A stretch of 64,000 nt of DNA. Source: an uncultured Solirubrobacterales bacterium (lineage in GTDB: Bacteria; Actinomycetota; Thermoleophilia; Solirubrobacterales; 70-9). The stretch covers positions 2,439,520-2,503,519 of the forward strand of contig OY970260.1 of the NCBI GenBank assembly GCA_963715625.1, read 5' to 3'. Below, piece by piece: positions 9,576 through 19,027 of this stretch. How positions within the stretch are numbered: position 1 is the first letter of the stretch; each line of letters begins with the position of its first letter. The notes below the pieces were generated by a model, which saw only the letters and a program-made list of their open reading frames with translations, made no database searches and had not been told where the DNA came from. Both the position numbers and the translations under genes were made by a program.

Positions 9576-10628
9576 TCAGCGGGATAGGTCGATCTCGCGA
9601 TCCAGCCTTGCCGCGAAGGCCGCGATCAGCTCGACCGTGGCCTCGACGTCTGCCAGGTCAACCATCTCGACCGGGGAGTGCATGTAGCGCAGGGGAACGC
9701 AGACAAGGCCGGTGGGGATGCCCGAGCGGGCGAACTGGACGGCGTCGGCATCGGTGCCGGTCGAGCTGCCGGTGGCGCCGAGCGTGTGCTCGATCCCGGC
9801 CTCCTCGGCGGTCTCGACCAGCAGCTCGAAGACCTTGGGCGAGAGGGTGGCGCCGCGGAAGAGCACCGGCCCGGAGCCGAGCGCGTGGGCGCCCAGCTCC
9901 TTCTCGTCGATGCCGGGCGCGTCGGTGGCGTGGGTGACGTCGACGACGATTGCGAGATCCGGTTCGACGGCGAAGGCGGAGGTGCGGGCGCCGAAGAGGC
10001 CGATCTCCTCCTGCACGGCGGCGATCGCCGCGAAGCTGGCGCCGAGCGAGCCGCGCTCGTGGCAGCGGCGCAGCGCCTCCAGCGCGACGTAGGCGCCGAG
10101 CCGGTTGTCCATCGAGCGGGAGATCGCGCGCTCCCCGGCGAGGCGCAGCGGCTCGCTGGCGATCACGGCCGAGTCGCCGACGCGGACCAGCTCGGCGGCC
10201 TCGTCGCGGTCGGCCGCGCCGACATCGATGTGCATGCCTTTCATCTCGACCACCTTTTTGCGCGCCTCGGCGTCGAGCAGGTGCAGCGGACGGCGTCCGA
10301 CGACGCCCGGCACCGGCCCGTTCCGCCCTTCGATTACGACCCGCTGGCCGACCAGGATCTGGGGGTCCCAGCCCCCTATCGGCGCGAACCAGAGGAAGCC
10401 CTTCTCGTCGATGTGGCGGACGACCAGGCCGATCTCGTCGATGTGGCCGATCACGGCCAGGAGCGGCGCACTCTTGGCGCCGATGCGGGCGACGGAGGAG
10501 CCGATGCCGTCGGTCGAGAGCGACGCGAAAGAGGCTTCCTCGCGCCAGAGGGCGGCCGCGGGCGCCTCGTAGCCCGACGGGGCGGGGACGCGGAGGAGCT
10601 TGTCGAGCAGTTCGGGAGTTTGGCTCAC
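9576..10628 (-). CDS. M42 family metallopeptidase (glutamyl aminopeptidase/FrvX-like)
   Basis: LLRVPAPSGYE, IGHIDEIGLVV, AVQEEIGLFGA motifs. Confidence 0.8.
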   Translation of the reverse strand: MSQTPELLDKLLRVPAPSGYEAPAAALWREEASFASLSTDGIGSSVARIGAKSAPLLAVIGHIDEIGLVVRHIDEKGFLWFAPIGGWDPQILVGQRVVIEGRNGPVPGVVGRRPLHLLDAEARKKVVEMKGMHIDVGAADRDEAAELVRVGDSAVIASEPLRLAGERAISRSMDNRLGAYVALEALRRCHERGSLGASFAAIAAVQEEIGLFGARTSAFAVEPDLAIVVDVTHATDAPGIDEKELGAHALGSGPVLFRGATLSPKVFELLVETAEEAGIEHTLGATGSSTGTDADAVQFARSGIPTGLVCVPLRYMHSPVEMVDLADVEATVELIAAFAARLDREIDLSR

Positions 10629-10675
10629 GCCGGCGGCAGTATGTCGATTCGAACAGACGTCCGCGTTAAGCGAAT

Positions 10676-11518
10676 TTGAATAGCGTTGCGGGCGTGAGCG
10701 CGAGAGCCACCGTCGCCCTGATCACCGGAGCCTCGAGCGGCATCGGGGAGGCCGCGGCGCGGCGGCTCGCCCGCGAGCCCGGCATGGAGCTGATCCTCGT
10801 CGCGCGGCGCGAGGAGCGCCTGCGCGCGCTGGCCGAGTCGCTGCCCTGCACGGCGACCCATGTCGCGGTGGACCTGACCGATTCCGATGCGCCCGAGCGC
10901 GTCAGCGCCCATGTGGCCGAGCGGGGCGGCCGGCTGACGCTGCTGGTCAACAACGCCGGCGCCGCCTGGCGCGGCAACTTCGGCGAGGGCGGCTACGCGA
11001 ACGTCCACCGCCACATGGAGCTCAACTTCGATGCCGTCGTCCGCCTCACCGAGGCGCTGCTGCCGGCGCTGCGCGCCTCAGCCCCCAGCTCGATCGTCAA
11101 CATCGCCAGCACCGCCGGCCGCGTCGCCCGTGCTGGGACAGGCTCCTACTCGGCCAGCAAGTTCGCGCTGGTCGGCTGGACCGACTCGCTCTACGCCGAG
11201 GAGCGCTCCAGCGGGGTCCACGTCGGCCTCGTCCTACCCGGATTCATCGCCACCGAGGGCTTTCCGGCGACCGAGCTGCGGGAGAAAGCGCTGACCCGCT
11301 GGATCGTCTCCAAGCCCGAGCGGGTCGCCGAGGCGATCGTCGAGACCGGCCTGCGGGGCAGGGCCGAGCGCTACGTGCCGCGCGGCTACGTGATCGCGGC
11401 AGCGCTCCGCATCCTCGCGCCGCGACTCGTCCGCCGTGTGCTCGCCGGCGGCTCGGCTGCGCGGCTCACAACCTCTACCGCGGAGGAAGCCGACGGTTTC
11501 GGAGCAGACCGACAATAG
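10676..11518 (+). CDS. short-chain dehydrogenase/reductase (SDR)
   Basis: TGASSGIG cofactor motif, NNAG, YSASK catalytic motif; start uncertain (TTG 10676 or GTG 10694); the TAG stop lies in the IS target duplication. Confidence 0.8.
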   Translation: MNSVAGVSARATVALITGASSGIGEAAARRLAREPGMELILVARREERLRALAESLPCTATHVAVDLTDSDAPERVSAHVAERGGRLTLLVNNAGAAWRGNFGEGGYANVHRHMELNFDAVVRLTEALLPALRASAPSSIVNIASTAGRVARAGTGSYSASKFALVGWTDSLYAEERSSGVHVGLVLPGFIATEGFPATELREKALTRWIVSKPERVAEAIVETGLRGRAERYVPRGYVIAAALRILAPRLVRRVLAGGSAARLTTSTAEEADGFGADRQ

Positions 11519-13008
11519 TCTCGACTTTCGTGACCTCCAGCTGACTTGAAGGAGATCGGCCCTCGATGTCGAGACCGAGGTAGGGCAGGGAGCACCGGCG
11601 GCTCGCTCGAACGAAGGGTGTGTCCAAACATCCTCGAGGAGGTCACCGCCGATGCCCGCCCTGCCATCTTCGCTTGCCGCGATCCTGTCCCTGCTCCAGC
11701 CCGCCTTCACCGCGCCGACCTTCCAGATCTTCGAGGCGCTCGTGGCGGGGTTCATCGGTCGCGTCGGCGAGCACACCGTCACCGGGATGTGGCAGGCGGC
11801 GCGACTCGCCGGCCGCCTGCATCACAGCCGCGCCCACGACTTCTTCGCCCGCGCCGCCTGGTGCCCTGACCGCCTCGGCCTGCTCGTGCTCGACTTCCTC
11901 GTGGAGCGCTTCTTGGACCCGGGCGCTCCGATCGGGCTAGCCGTGGACGGCTCGGTCTTTCGCCGCTCGGGCCGCAAGGTGCACGGGACGAGCTGGCACC
12001 ACGACTCATCCGCCGCCCCCGGCGGCGGCTTCAAGTTCGGCAACTGCTTCGTCGTCGTCGGCTTGGTGGTGAGGATCGCCGCGCTGGGCGAGCGCGCCTG
12101 GTGCCTGCCCGTGCTCTTCCGGCTCTGGCTGCCCACGCCAAAGCCCACGGAGGCGAGGCCGAACCCGTCAAAGCGGCCCTCCCAGCAGGAGCTGGCGGCC
12201 GGGCTTGTCGCCAAGGTGGCAGAGCGCTATCCCGAGCGGCGGATCGACGTCCTCGGCGACTCGGCCTTTGCCTGCAAGGCGATGGCGCCCGCCTCCGATC
12301 GCCTCACCTTGACTTCGCGGCTTCGCTCCAACGCCGTGATCCACGCGCCCAAGCCGCCGCTGACGGGGAAGCGCGGGCGACCGCGGGTCAAGGGCCGCCG
12401 GCTCGGCACCCCGGCCGAGATCGCCGCGCGGGCCAAGCCCAGCGAGTGGCGGCGCCTGCAGGTGCCCGGCCGGGGCGAGGCCTGCGCGCTCGTCGTCGAG
12501 GGCCTGTGGTACTCGGTCTTCGGCCCGCGGGCGGTGCGGGTCGTGATCGTCCGCGAGCCCTCCGACACCGAGGGCTACCGGATCGCGTTGATCAGCACCG
12601 ACCTCGAGGCGGGGGTGGCCGAGATCATCGCCCGCTACGCCGATCGCTGGTCGATCGAGGTCGCCTTCCAGGACGCCAAGCAGACAGTCGGGGTCGGCGA
12701 GGCGCGCAACCGGGTCCGCCCGGCGGTCGAGCGCACCGTGCCCTTCGGCCTGCTCTGCCAGAGCGTGGCGATCGCCTGGTACGCGCTCAACGCCGATCCC
12801 GCCGCCGACGTCGATCGCCGCCGGCGAGAGGCGCCCTGGTACTCCCAGAAGCGCGATCCCTCGATGCTCGACATTCTCGCCGCGCTGCGCCGCGAGCTGA
12901 TCCGGGCTGAATTTCGCCAAGGAGCGGGGCGAGCGCCGTCATCGCGACAAATAACCGCTCGCCCACCGTCACGCCTTCGAGCGGCGGCGTAGGTCACGAA
13001 AGTCGAGA
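11519..13008 (+). mobile_element. IS701-like insertion sequence (~1.49 kb)
   Basis: 18-bp perfect terminal inverted repeats TCTCGACTTTCGTGACCT (11519..11536) and AGGTCACGAAAGTCGAGA (12991..13008), flanked by direct repeat CAATAG (11513..11518 and 13009..13014); single DDE transposase ORF. Confidence 0.78.
11652..12992 (+). CDS. IS701-family DDE transposase
   Basis: 446-aa ORF filling the IR-bounded element; N-terminus and RWSIEVAFQDAKQ motif typical of IS701/IS4-like DDE transposases. Confidence 0.82.
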   Translation: MPALPSSLAAILSLLQPAFTAPTFQIFEALVAGFIGRVGEHTVTGMWQAARLAGRLHHSRAHDFFARAAWCPDRLGLLVLDFLVERFLDPGAPIGLAVDGSVFRRSGRKVHGTSWHHDSSAAPGGGFKFGNCFVVVGLVVRIAALGERAWCLPVLFRLWLPTPKPTEARPNPSKRPSQQELAAGLVAKVAERYPERRIDVLGDSAFACKAMAPASDRLTLTSRLRSNAVIHAPKPPLTGKRGRPRVKGRRLGTPAEIAARAKPSEWRRLQVPGRGEACALVVEGLWYSVFGPRAVRVVIVREPSDTEGYRIALISTDLEAGVAEIIARYADRWSIEVAFQDAKQTVGVGEARNRVRPAVERTVPFGLLCQSVAIAWYALNADPAADVDRRRREAPWYSQKRDPSMLDILAALRRELIRAEFRQGAGRAPSSRQITARPPSRLRAAA

Positions 13009-13060
13009 CAATAGTCGTTTACTGGATTTAAAGGCAATTCGATATAGGGTCCTGATTACG

Positions 13061-15265
13061 TTGAGACGCGCGAAGGTGAGATCGGCGGCTGGCGGGCTGG
13101 GCCCGCGCAGGCTCGCTGCCTGTGTCGTCGTCGTGCTGGCGTTCCTTGTCGGCCCGGCCAGGTCCGCTGCAGCCGACGCGATCAGGGTGATTGGGGGCGA
13201 GGGCACGCGGACGGTGACTCTTGCACCGTGCTCGCCGCCTGAACGCATCGCGGGACAGGCTCCCGGCTTCGCGGTAGGCGGCGCTTGCGCAGGCGCAAAC
13301 CGGAACTCGCCCCGGTTCATCGGCGGCGAGGTGACGCTCCTGGTTCGAAACGGGACGGCGAAGAAAGCGAAGCTGCGGATCAGCTACGCCCCGGACGGCG
13401 CGGCTGTGCCGATAGCCATTCCCGGCAGGTCCCGCCGGGCCTACCTGGCCGCCGACGAGAGGCGGAGCAACGGGTACTTCAACCGGCTCATGGACCGCGC
13501 AGCAGGCTCGACATCGCGCGAAGGGCTGAGGCGCTTGTTCCGCCGCGTATTGAGGGCCGCGGCCAGGCGCACGCTCTGGATCGGCCCGGGTTCGGTTCGT
13601 GCGGTCTCGGTTGGCTTCCGGCTCCGGCCGGGCGAGCCTGCCGCTGCGGTCGACGGCAACCTGATCCTGCGCCTGGCGGGCGGGGACGCGGTCGTGCCAC
13701 TCGAGGGCCGGTTCCGCAGCTTTGACGGGGTGAGCGTGGACCCGGCGACGGTGAAGCTCCACTCGGATGACGATGAGGCGACCGTCGCGCTGGTTGGGCC
13801 CGAAGTGGTGCAGTTCCTGCGCTTCGGCAGCATCGGCAGGCGGCACGCGGCGACGCTGCGCGACGATTCGAACGAGACGGTCGAGGCGGTGGCGGTCTTC
13901 CCGCGGCCGGGCAAGGTGGCCGCCCAGGAAAACCCCAACCGGGCGGTTGGAACCCTGACCCTGAGCGACTCCGATCCCCCGCCCGGCGAGTACAAGGGCA
14001 AGGTGGAGCTCTCGGACTACGCCCCGGGCCCGCCCGCGGTAGAGGTTGAGCTGCTCGCGGGCCGCTCGTTCTGGTGCCTCGTCCTGTTCGCCCTCCTGGG
14101 GGTCGTCACCGTCGGGCTGGCCAGCCGGATGACGGCCTTTGCCCTCAGGCGCAGGCTGCTGTTGAAAGTGCTCAAACAGAGCTGGGACGCCTGCGAACTC
14201 ATCAATGGCATGAACGAAGCAACGGCCTCGTGGGACCTGGGCGATCTTCTCGGAGCTCAGGTAGAGGGGCGGCGCGCCGACGAATACAGGCTGCAGGGCG
14301 CCCAGGGGCTGCAGGTCAGCATCGAAACCGCTCGCTCCAGAAAGGACCTCGACGAGGACACAGAGAGAACCCTCAAGCTGGTCGCCCGCATCCAGCGCTG
14401 GCTCAGGGTCGAGCCCGCCGCGCGGCGCCTGCGGAAAGTTGACCAGCGCCGCCCGTCCACCGAAGTGGCGGGAAAGACCTGGCTCGCATCCCGAGCATGG
14501 CGCGACATGCAACTGCTACGCGAGGCGGCCCGACGTGAGCTCCCTTCCCCTGAGGCCGCCGACGCCTTGGTCGAACGCCTCTTGCGCCAGGCCTCGTGGC
14601 ACCACAAGTTCGCTGAGGTCTGGGAGGGGGCGAGCATCTCAACCGGGAAGAGCAAGCTGAAGGCGGAGAGAGCCGTGCGCAAGCTCGAGGGTGCGCTGGG
14701 CGAGAAGCCGACGGTTCTGAGCCGGACACCCGAGGCGCAGGATGCGTTGGACCAGCAGCTCGACGGGGTACTCGAGGAGCTGGGCATCGCGGCCGGTCCG
14801 ATGCCCGACATAGAAAAACCGAGGGAAGAGCACGGCGTGACCAGTGTGGATTGGGACGCCAGCCCATTCACGTTCACCGGCTGGGCCACCCTGGACGGCG
14901 AAAGCTACGGGCAGCTGGCGCGCGGTGCCGCGCGCGGCGCCAGGCGGCTTGGCTACGAGGACGTGAAGATCGAGCTTCGCTCGATCACCCTGGGCGACGT
15001 CTTCTGGAGCGGCGTGTCGCTTGGCCTCGTCTGCATTGTCTACGGAACCCAGAAATACGACGAAACGTGGGGTTCGAACGGGGACCCCCTCGCCGCATTC
15101 GTCGCCGGTGCGACTGGGGTGATCGTCATCCAGTGGGCAGCGTTGCCTATTTTCCAGTCGATTCGGCTGCGGCTCGCCAAGGCCGGCACCCCGTCGGCGA
15201 AAGACAAAGATGCCTCCGGGGTGAAAAAAGATCCGGTCCCGGCCGCCTCCCCGAGCGGCTCCTAG
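13061..15265 (+). CDS. hypothetical membrane protein, 734 aa (signal/anchor, central TM, coiled-coil-like middle, C-terminal TM pair)
   Basis: Long ORF with coding-like composition; hydrophobic segments LAACVVVVLAFLV, FWCLVLFALLGVVTVGLA, VFWSGVSLGLVCIVYG, AAFVAGATGVIVIQWAALPIF; no domain recognised. Confidence 0.55.
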   Translation: MRRAKVRSAAGGLGPRRLAACVVVVLAFLVGPARSAAADAIRVIGGEGTRTVTLAPCSPPERIAGQAPGFAVGGACAGANRNSPRFIGGEVTLLVRNGTAKKAKLRISYAPDGAAVPIAIPGRSRRAYLAADERRSNGYFNRLMDRAAGSTSREGLRRLFRRVLRAAARRTLWIGPGSVRAVSVGFRLRPGEPAAAVDGNLILRLAGGDAVVPLEGRFRSFDGVSVDPATVKLHSDDDEATVALVGPEVVQFLRFGSIGRRHAATLRDDSNETVEAVAVFPRPGKVAAQENPNRAVGTLTLSDSDPPPGEYKGKVELSDYAPGPPAVEVELLAGRSFWCLVLFALLGVVTVGLASRMTAFALRRRLLLKVLKQSWDACELINGMNEATASWDLGDLLGAQVEGRRADEYRLQGAQGLQVSIETARSRKDLDEDTERTLKLVARIQRWLRVEPAARRLRKVDQRRPSTEVAGKTWLASRAWRDMQLLREAARRELPSPEAADALVERLLRQASWHHKFAEVWEGASISTGKSKLKAERAVRKLEGALGEKPTVLSRTPEAQDALDQQLDGVLEELGIAAGPMPDIEKPREEHGVTSVDWDASPFTFTGWATLDGESYGQLARGAARGARRLGYEDVKIELRSITLGDVFWSGVSLGLVCIVYGTQKYDETWGSNGDPLAAFVAGATGVIVIQWAALPIFQSIRLRLAKAGTPSAKDKDASGVKKDPVPAASPSGS

Positions 15266-15295
15266 TAGTAGTGCCGCCGGCTCCCGACCTTTCGC

Positions 15296-15784
15296 TCAGG
15301 TGAAGCGGGAGGGCGTGATCCGGCAGTAGTGGAATTCGAAGACGAAGCTGACGTTGTTGGCTGCGTTGGCGCTGCGTTCGACCCGAATCCGTTCGTGCGC
15401 GGCGCGGATCTTGTCCTCCGCCTTCAGCGCCTTGCCGACGTTGCGCAGGTTCGTCTGCACGATTCGCAGCTGGTCGAGCCACCTCGACAGGCGGGCGTCG
15501 TCTTCGGGAGGCCGGGGGACGGCGGAGAGCTTGTTGACGGTCGAGCCGAACGCGGCCGAGGCGTGGATGAACTGCGCCCCGGCCTCTTTCAGCCTGCCGT
15601 TCCGCGCCTTGGCCTGGACGTTCCTGAGGATCCGCTCGTTGGCGAGGGTGTTCGCTTCGCAGATCGGCTCGACCTGGGAGACGTATTCCGCCCGGCTCAG
15701 CCCGGTTTCCTCCGCGCCGGCGCCCGCGACGAGCAGCAGCGTCGCGGCAGCGGCCAGCAAGAAGATCCGAGCAGTCCCCCTCAT
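15296..15784 (-). CDS. hypothetical secreted helical protein, 162 aa
   Basis: Signal-peptide-like N-terminus MRGTARIFLLAAAATLLLVAGAGA; convergent with the 734-aa gene; no domain recognised. Confidence 0.5.
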   Translation of the reverse strand: MRGTARIFLLAAAATLLLVAGAGAEETGLSRAEYVSQVEPICEANTLANERILRNVQAKARNGRLKEAGAQFIHASAAFGSTVNKLSAVPRPPEDDARLSRWLDQLRIVQTNLRNVGKALKAEDKIRAAHERIRVERSANAANNVSFVFEFHYCRITPSRFT

Positions 15785-16174
15785 TCCCAGGCGGTCAAGC
15801 TTACGGCCTCCCGACCCTGCTCAGCGAGCCCAAGTCGATGTCTCGAAGCGTCGCGTCGCCGGACTGTTCCTCGAATGCGAGCCCCAATCCCCATGCTGGC
15901 GAGCCCATGGATCAGGCCGTCATCCCGGTAAGGACGATAGTGCTGCCATGGCATTAAAGGCCGAGTGGAGCATTGCCCATGGTGACCAATCGCCTACGAA
16001 AAGCGTTACGGTATATCGCCCAGTGCGGTCCAGCGCCCTGCGACTTAAAAGAGTCACATATCTAACTTTTTTGCAACATTTTGTAAGCCCCAGTCGTGTG
16101 ATAGCGTGCCTTCCCGATTGACGGATCTCGCCTCAATGTGCGGGGAAACACTGGATGACGTAGAGGGAGGCAGG

Positions 16175-18853
16175 ATGCGGCAAGCCGATAGTGGGCTGGG
16201 ACTCTTGAAGCGACCGGGCGTGGGCGGCCGCTCCCGTGGCCGGAATCTGATCAGCCTGGCGACGGCAATCGCTGCTATTGCGACGGTCTTCTGCTTGGTT
16301 ATGCCCGTCCTTGCCAGCGCTGCGCCTTTTGAGACGCTCAAAGTCAACACCGGCGGCCACGGCCAGGGATACGCCTACAGCACCAACCTGAGCGGGATCG
16401 TCTGCGGCCACGGCAGCGAATACAGCTCCTTCACAGAATGCGAAGCGGCCTATGCCACCGGCGCCACCGTCGAACTGCGCGCCTCGTGGACCGGCAGCGT
16501 CAACGTCGATTGGAGCGGCTGCGACGAACTCACCGAAGACAACTACTGCCTCGTGACGATGAACGCGGACAGGGAAGTCACCGCCACCTTCGGCACTCGC
16601 CTGCTGACCGTCAACACCGGCGGCCACGGCCAGGGATACGCCTACAGCACCAACCTGAGCGGGATCGTCTGCGGCCACGGCAGCGAATACAGCTCCTTCA
16701 CAGAATGCGAAGCGGCCTATGCCACCGGCGCCACCGTCGAACTGCGCGCCTCGTGGACCGGCAGCGTCAACGTCGATTGGAGCGGCTGCGACGAACTCAC
16801 CGAAGACAACTACTGCCTCGTGACGATGAACGCGGACAGGGAAGTCACCGCCACCTTCGGCACTCGCCTGCTGACCGTCAACACCGGCGGCCACGGCCAG
16901 GGATACGCCTACAGCACCAACCTGAGCGGGATCGTCTGCGGCCACGGCAGCGAATACAGCTCCTTCACAGAATGCGAAGCGGCCTATGCCACCGGCGCCA
17001 CCGTCGAACTGCGCGCCTCGTGGACCGGCAGCGTCAACGTCGATTGGAGCGGCTGCGACGAACTCACCGAAGACAACTACTGCCTCGTGACGATGAACGC
17101 GGACAGGGAAGTCACCGCCACCTTCGGCACTCGCCTGCTGACCGTCAACACCGGCGGCCACGGCCAGGGATACGCCTACAGCACCAACCTGAGCGGGATC
17201 GTCTGCGGCCACGGCAGCGAATACAGCTCCTTCACAGAATGCGAAGCGGCCTATGCCACCGGCGCCACCGTCGAACTGCGCGCCTCGTGGACCGGCAGCG
17301 TCAACGTCGATTGGAGCGGCTGCGACGAACTCACCGAAGACAACTACTGCCTCGTGACGATGAACGCGGACAGGGAAGTCACCGCCACCTTCGGCACTCG
17401 CCTGCTGACCGTCAACACCGGCGGCCACGGCCAGGGATACGCCTACAGCACCAACCTGAGCGGGATCGTCTGCGGCCACGGCAGCGAATACAGCTCCTTC
17501 ACAGAATGCGAAGCGGCCTATGCCACCGGCGCCACCGTCGAACTGCGCGCCTCGTGGACCGGCAGCGTCAACGTCGATTGGAGCGGCTGCGACGAACTCA
17601 CCGAAGACAACTACTGCCTCGTGACGATGAACGCGGACAGGGAAGTCACCGCCCTCTTCTGCCTCGAAGGGGAAGCCCTCGAAGAATGTACGGCGGAAGG
17701 CCCCACCAACCGCCGCACCCTGACCGTCACCAAGGAAGCCGGCGGCACTGAAGGCATCGGCACGGTCAAGTCCAAACCGAAGGGGATCAACTGCGCCACG
17801 GCCTGTGACGAAGCCGTCGGCTCCTTCTACAAAGAAGGCCCGGTCACCCTGACCGCCAAACCGTCGGCCACCTCGACCTTCGTCAAATGGGTCAACCCGG
17901 GTGGGGCCTGCGACGAAAGCGCCTCGCTGGCCTGCGTGATGCCGATCGCAGAAGACGAATCGCTGGAAGCGCTCTTCACCGGCACCTCCAAAGCGATCGC
18001 CTCGCCGACGGCACTGATCGTCTCCAAGGGCGAAAGCCCCAAAAACCTCGGCTTCGGCACGGTCAAAGCAACCGGCCTGTACTGCGAAGCCGAATGCACC
18101 ACGACCACCGTCCTCTACCAGGGCACGATCACCGAACCCAAACCCAAAGCGGCGAAAACCGTCGTCCTCAGCCAGACCCCGCTCTACGGCTCCGAATTCA
18201 CCGGCTGGTCGGGCTGCGACTCAGAAGCCGAAGGCAAATGCACGGTGGCGATGTCTGAAGCCAAAGAAGTCACCGCCGAATACACGGCCAAGCCCAACGT
18301 CGCCCTGACCCTCGAAAAGGCAGGCACCGGCACCGGCACGGTCACCTCCAAACCCAAAGGCGTCAAATGCGCGGTCACCTGCACCGTGCAGACGATGTCC
18401 GTCCCCTCCGGGGAAGCAGTCGTCCTCACCGCCAAAGCGGCCACCGGGATGACCTTCACCGGCTGGTCGGGTGGCGGCTGCTCGGGCACGGGTACCTGCA
18501 CGGCCAACCCGACAGAAGCGACCACGGTGACGGCGACCTTTTCGGGCTCGCCCAAACCGATCCTGAGCCCGACGGCTCTGACCGTCTCCAAGGGCGAAGG
18601 AACGGGCTACGGCACGGTCAAAGCCGCGGGGATCGCCTGCGAAGCGCTTTGCACCTCGGCGACCTCGCTCTACCAGGGCACGATCACCGAACCGAAACCC
18701 AAAGAAGCCAAAACGGTCACGCTCGAAGCCTTCTCGGCCCCGGGCTCCCAGACCGTCGTCTGGAGCGGTTGCGACTCCGAAACCGAAGGCAAATGCGTCG
18801 TGCAGATGTCCTCGGCCAAAGAAGTCACGGCCACGTTCGACGAACTGGAATAG
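16175..18853 (+). CDS. secreted repeat protein with ~10 divergent InlB B-repeat-like modules
   Basis: ATG 16175 preceded by GGAGG; signal peptide ending VLASA-AP; recurrent module W(S)GC..(E)..C.V.M...(K/R)EVTA.F resembling the divergent InlB B-repeat / Listeria-Bacteroides repeat. Confidence 0.72.
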   Translation: MRQADSGLGLLKRPGVGGRSRGRNLISLATAIAAIATVFCLVMPVLASAAPFETLKVNTGGHGQGYAYSTNLSGIVCGHGSEYSSFTECEAAYATGATVELRASWTGSVNVDWSGCDELTEDNYCLVTMNADREVTATFGTRLLTVNTGGHGQGYAYSTNLSGIVCGHGSEYSSFTECEAAYATGATVELRASWTGSVNVDWSGCDELTEDNYCLVTMNADREVTATFGTRLLTVNTGGHGQGYAYSTNLSGIVCGHGSEYSSFTECEAAYATGATVELRASWTGSVNVDWSGCDELTEDNYCLVTMNADREVTATFGTRLLTVNTGGHGQGYAYSTNLSGIVCGHGSEYSSFTECEAAYATGATVELRASWTGSVNVDWSGCDELTEDNYCLVTMNADREVTATFGTRLLTVNTGGHGQGYAYSTNLSGIVCGHGSEYSSFTECEAAYATGATVELRASWTGSVNVDWSGCDELTEDNYCLVTMNADREVTALFCLEGEALEECTAEGPTNRRTLTVTKEAGGTEGIGTVKSKPKGINCATACDEAVGSFYKEGPVTLTAKPSATSTFVKWVNPGGACDESASLACVMPIAEDESLEALFTGTSKAIASPTALIVSKGESPKNLGFGTVKATGLYCEAECTTTTVLYQGTITEPKPKAAKTVVLSQTPLYGSEFTGWSGCDSEAEGKCTVAMSEAKEVTAEYTAKPNVALTLEKAGTGTGTVTSKPKGVKCAVTCTVQTMSVPSGEAVVLTAKAATGMTFTGWSGGGCSGTGTCTANPTEATTVTATFSGSPKPILSPTALTVSKGEGTGYGTVKAAGIACEALCTSATSLYQGTITEPKPKEAKTVTLEAFSAPGSQTVVWSGCDSETEGKCVVQMSSAKEVTATFDELE
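16343..17653 (+). repeat. tandem array, 267-bp unit x ~4.9 (89-aa unit), in-frame within the repeat protein; units read as identical
   Basis: Units start at 16343, 16610, 16877, 17144, 17411; nucleotide sequence reads as identical across units by eye; identity decays after 17653. Confidence 0.95.
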
Positions 18854-19027
18854 CGATCGACAAGCAATGCCCCTGACCTGGGGACCGATCAGCTCGCAGA
18901 ACGATCACAAAAGAGCTGGGCGTTCGGTTGGTCGAGGACGCGCGTTTGTTAGCCATATTCGGAGAGATCGTCCGAACCGGCGCCTTCGTCCCTCCCTGAA
19001 TTGTTCTTGGCATGATTGAGCCTCCAT

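Noticed and set aside
16040-16100. AT-rich stretch with TTGCAA upstream of the repeat-protein gene as a promoter
   Set aside because: No convincing -10 hexamer lies at a proper spacing. It is plausible as a promoter region but not supportable as a specific site.
16343-17653. Possible CRISPR array
   Set aside because: The repeats are 267 bp, directly abutting with no spacers, and in-frame coding. No cas genes are present in the window.
16133-17751. Repetitive ORFs 16133..17479 (-) and 16438..17751 (+)
   Set aside because: These are alternative-frame and antisense readings of the 267-bp tandem array. Their periodic peptides are a by-product of the repeat; the frame with a signal peptide and InlB-B-repeat motifs is the real one.
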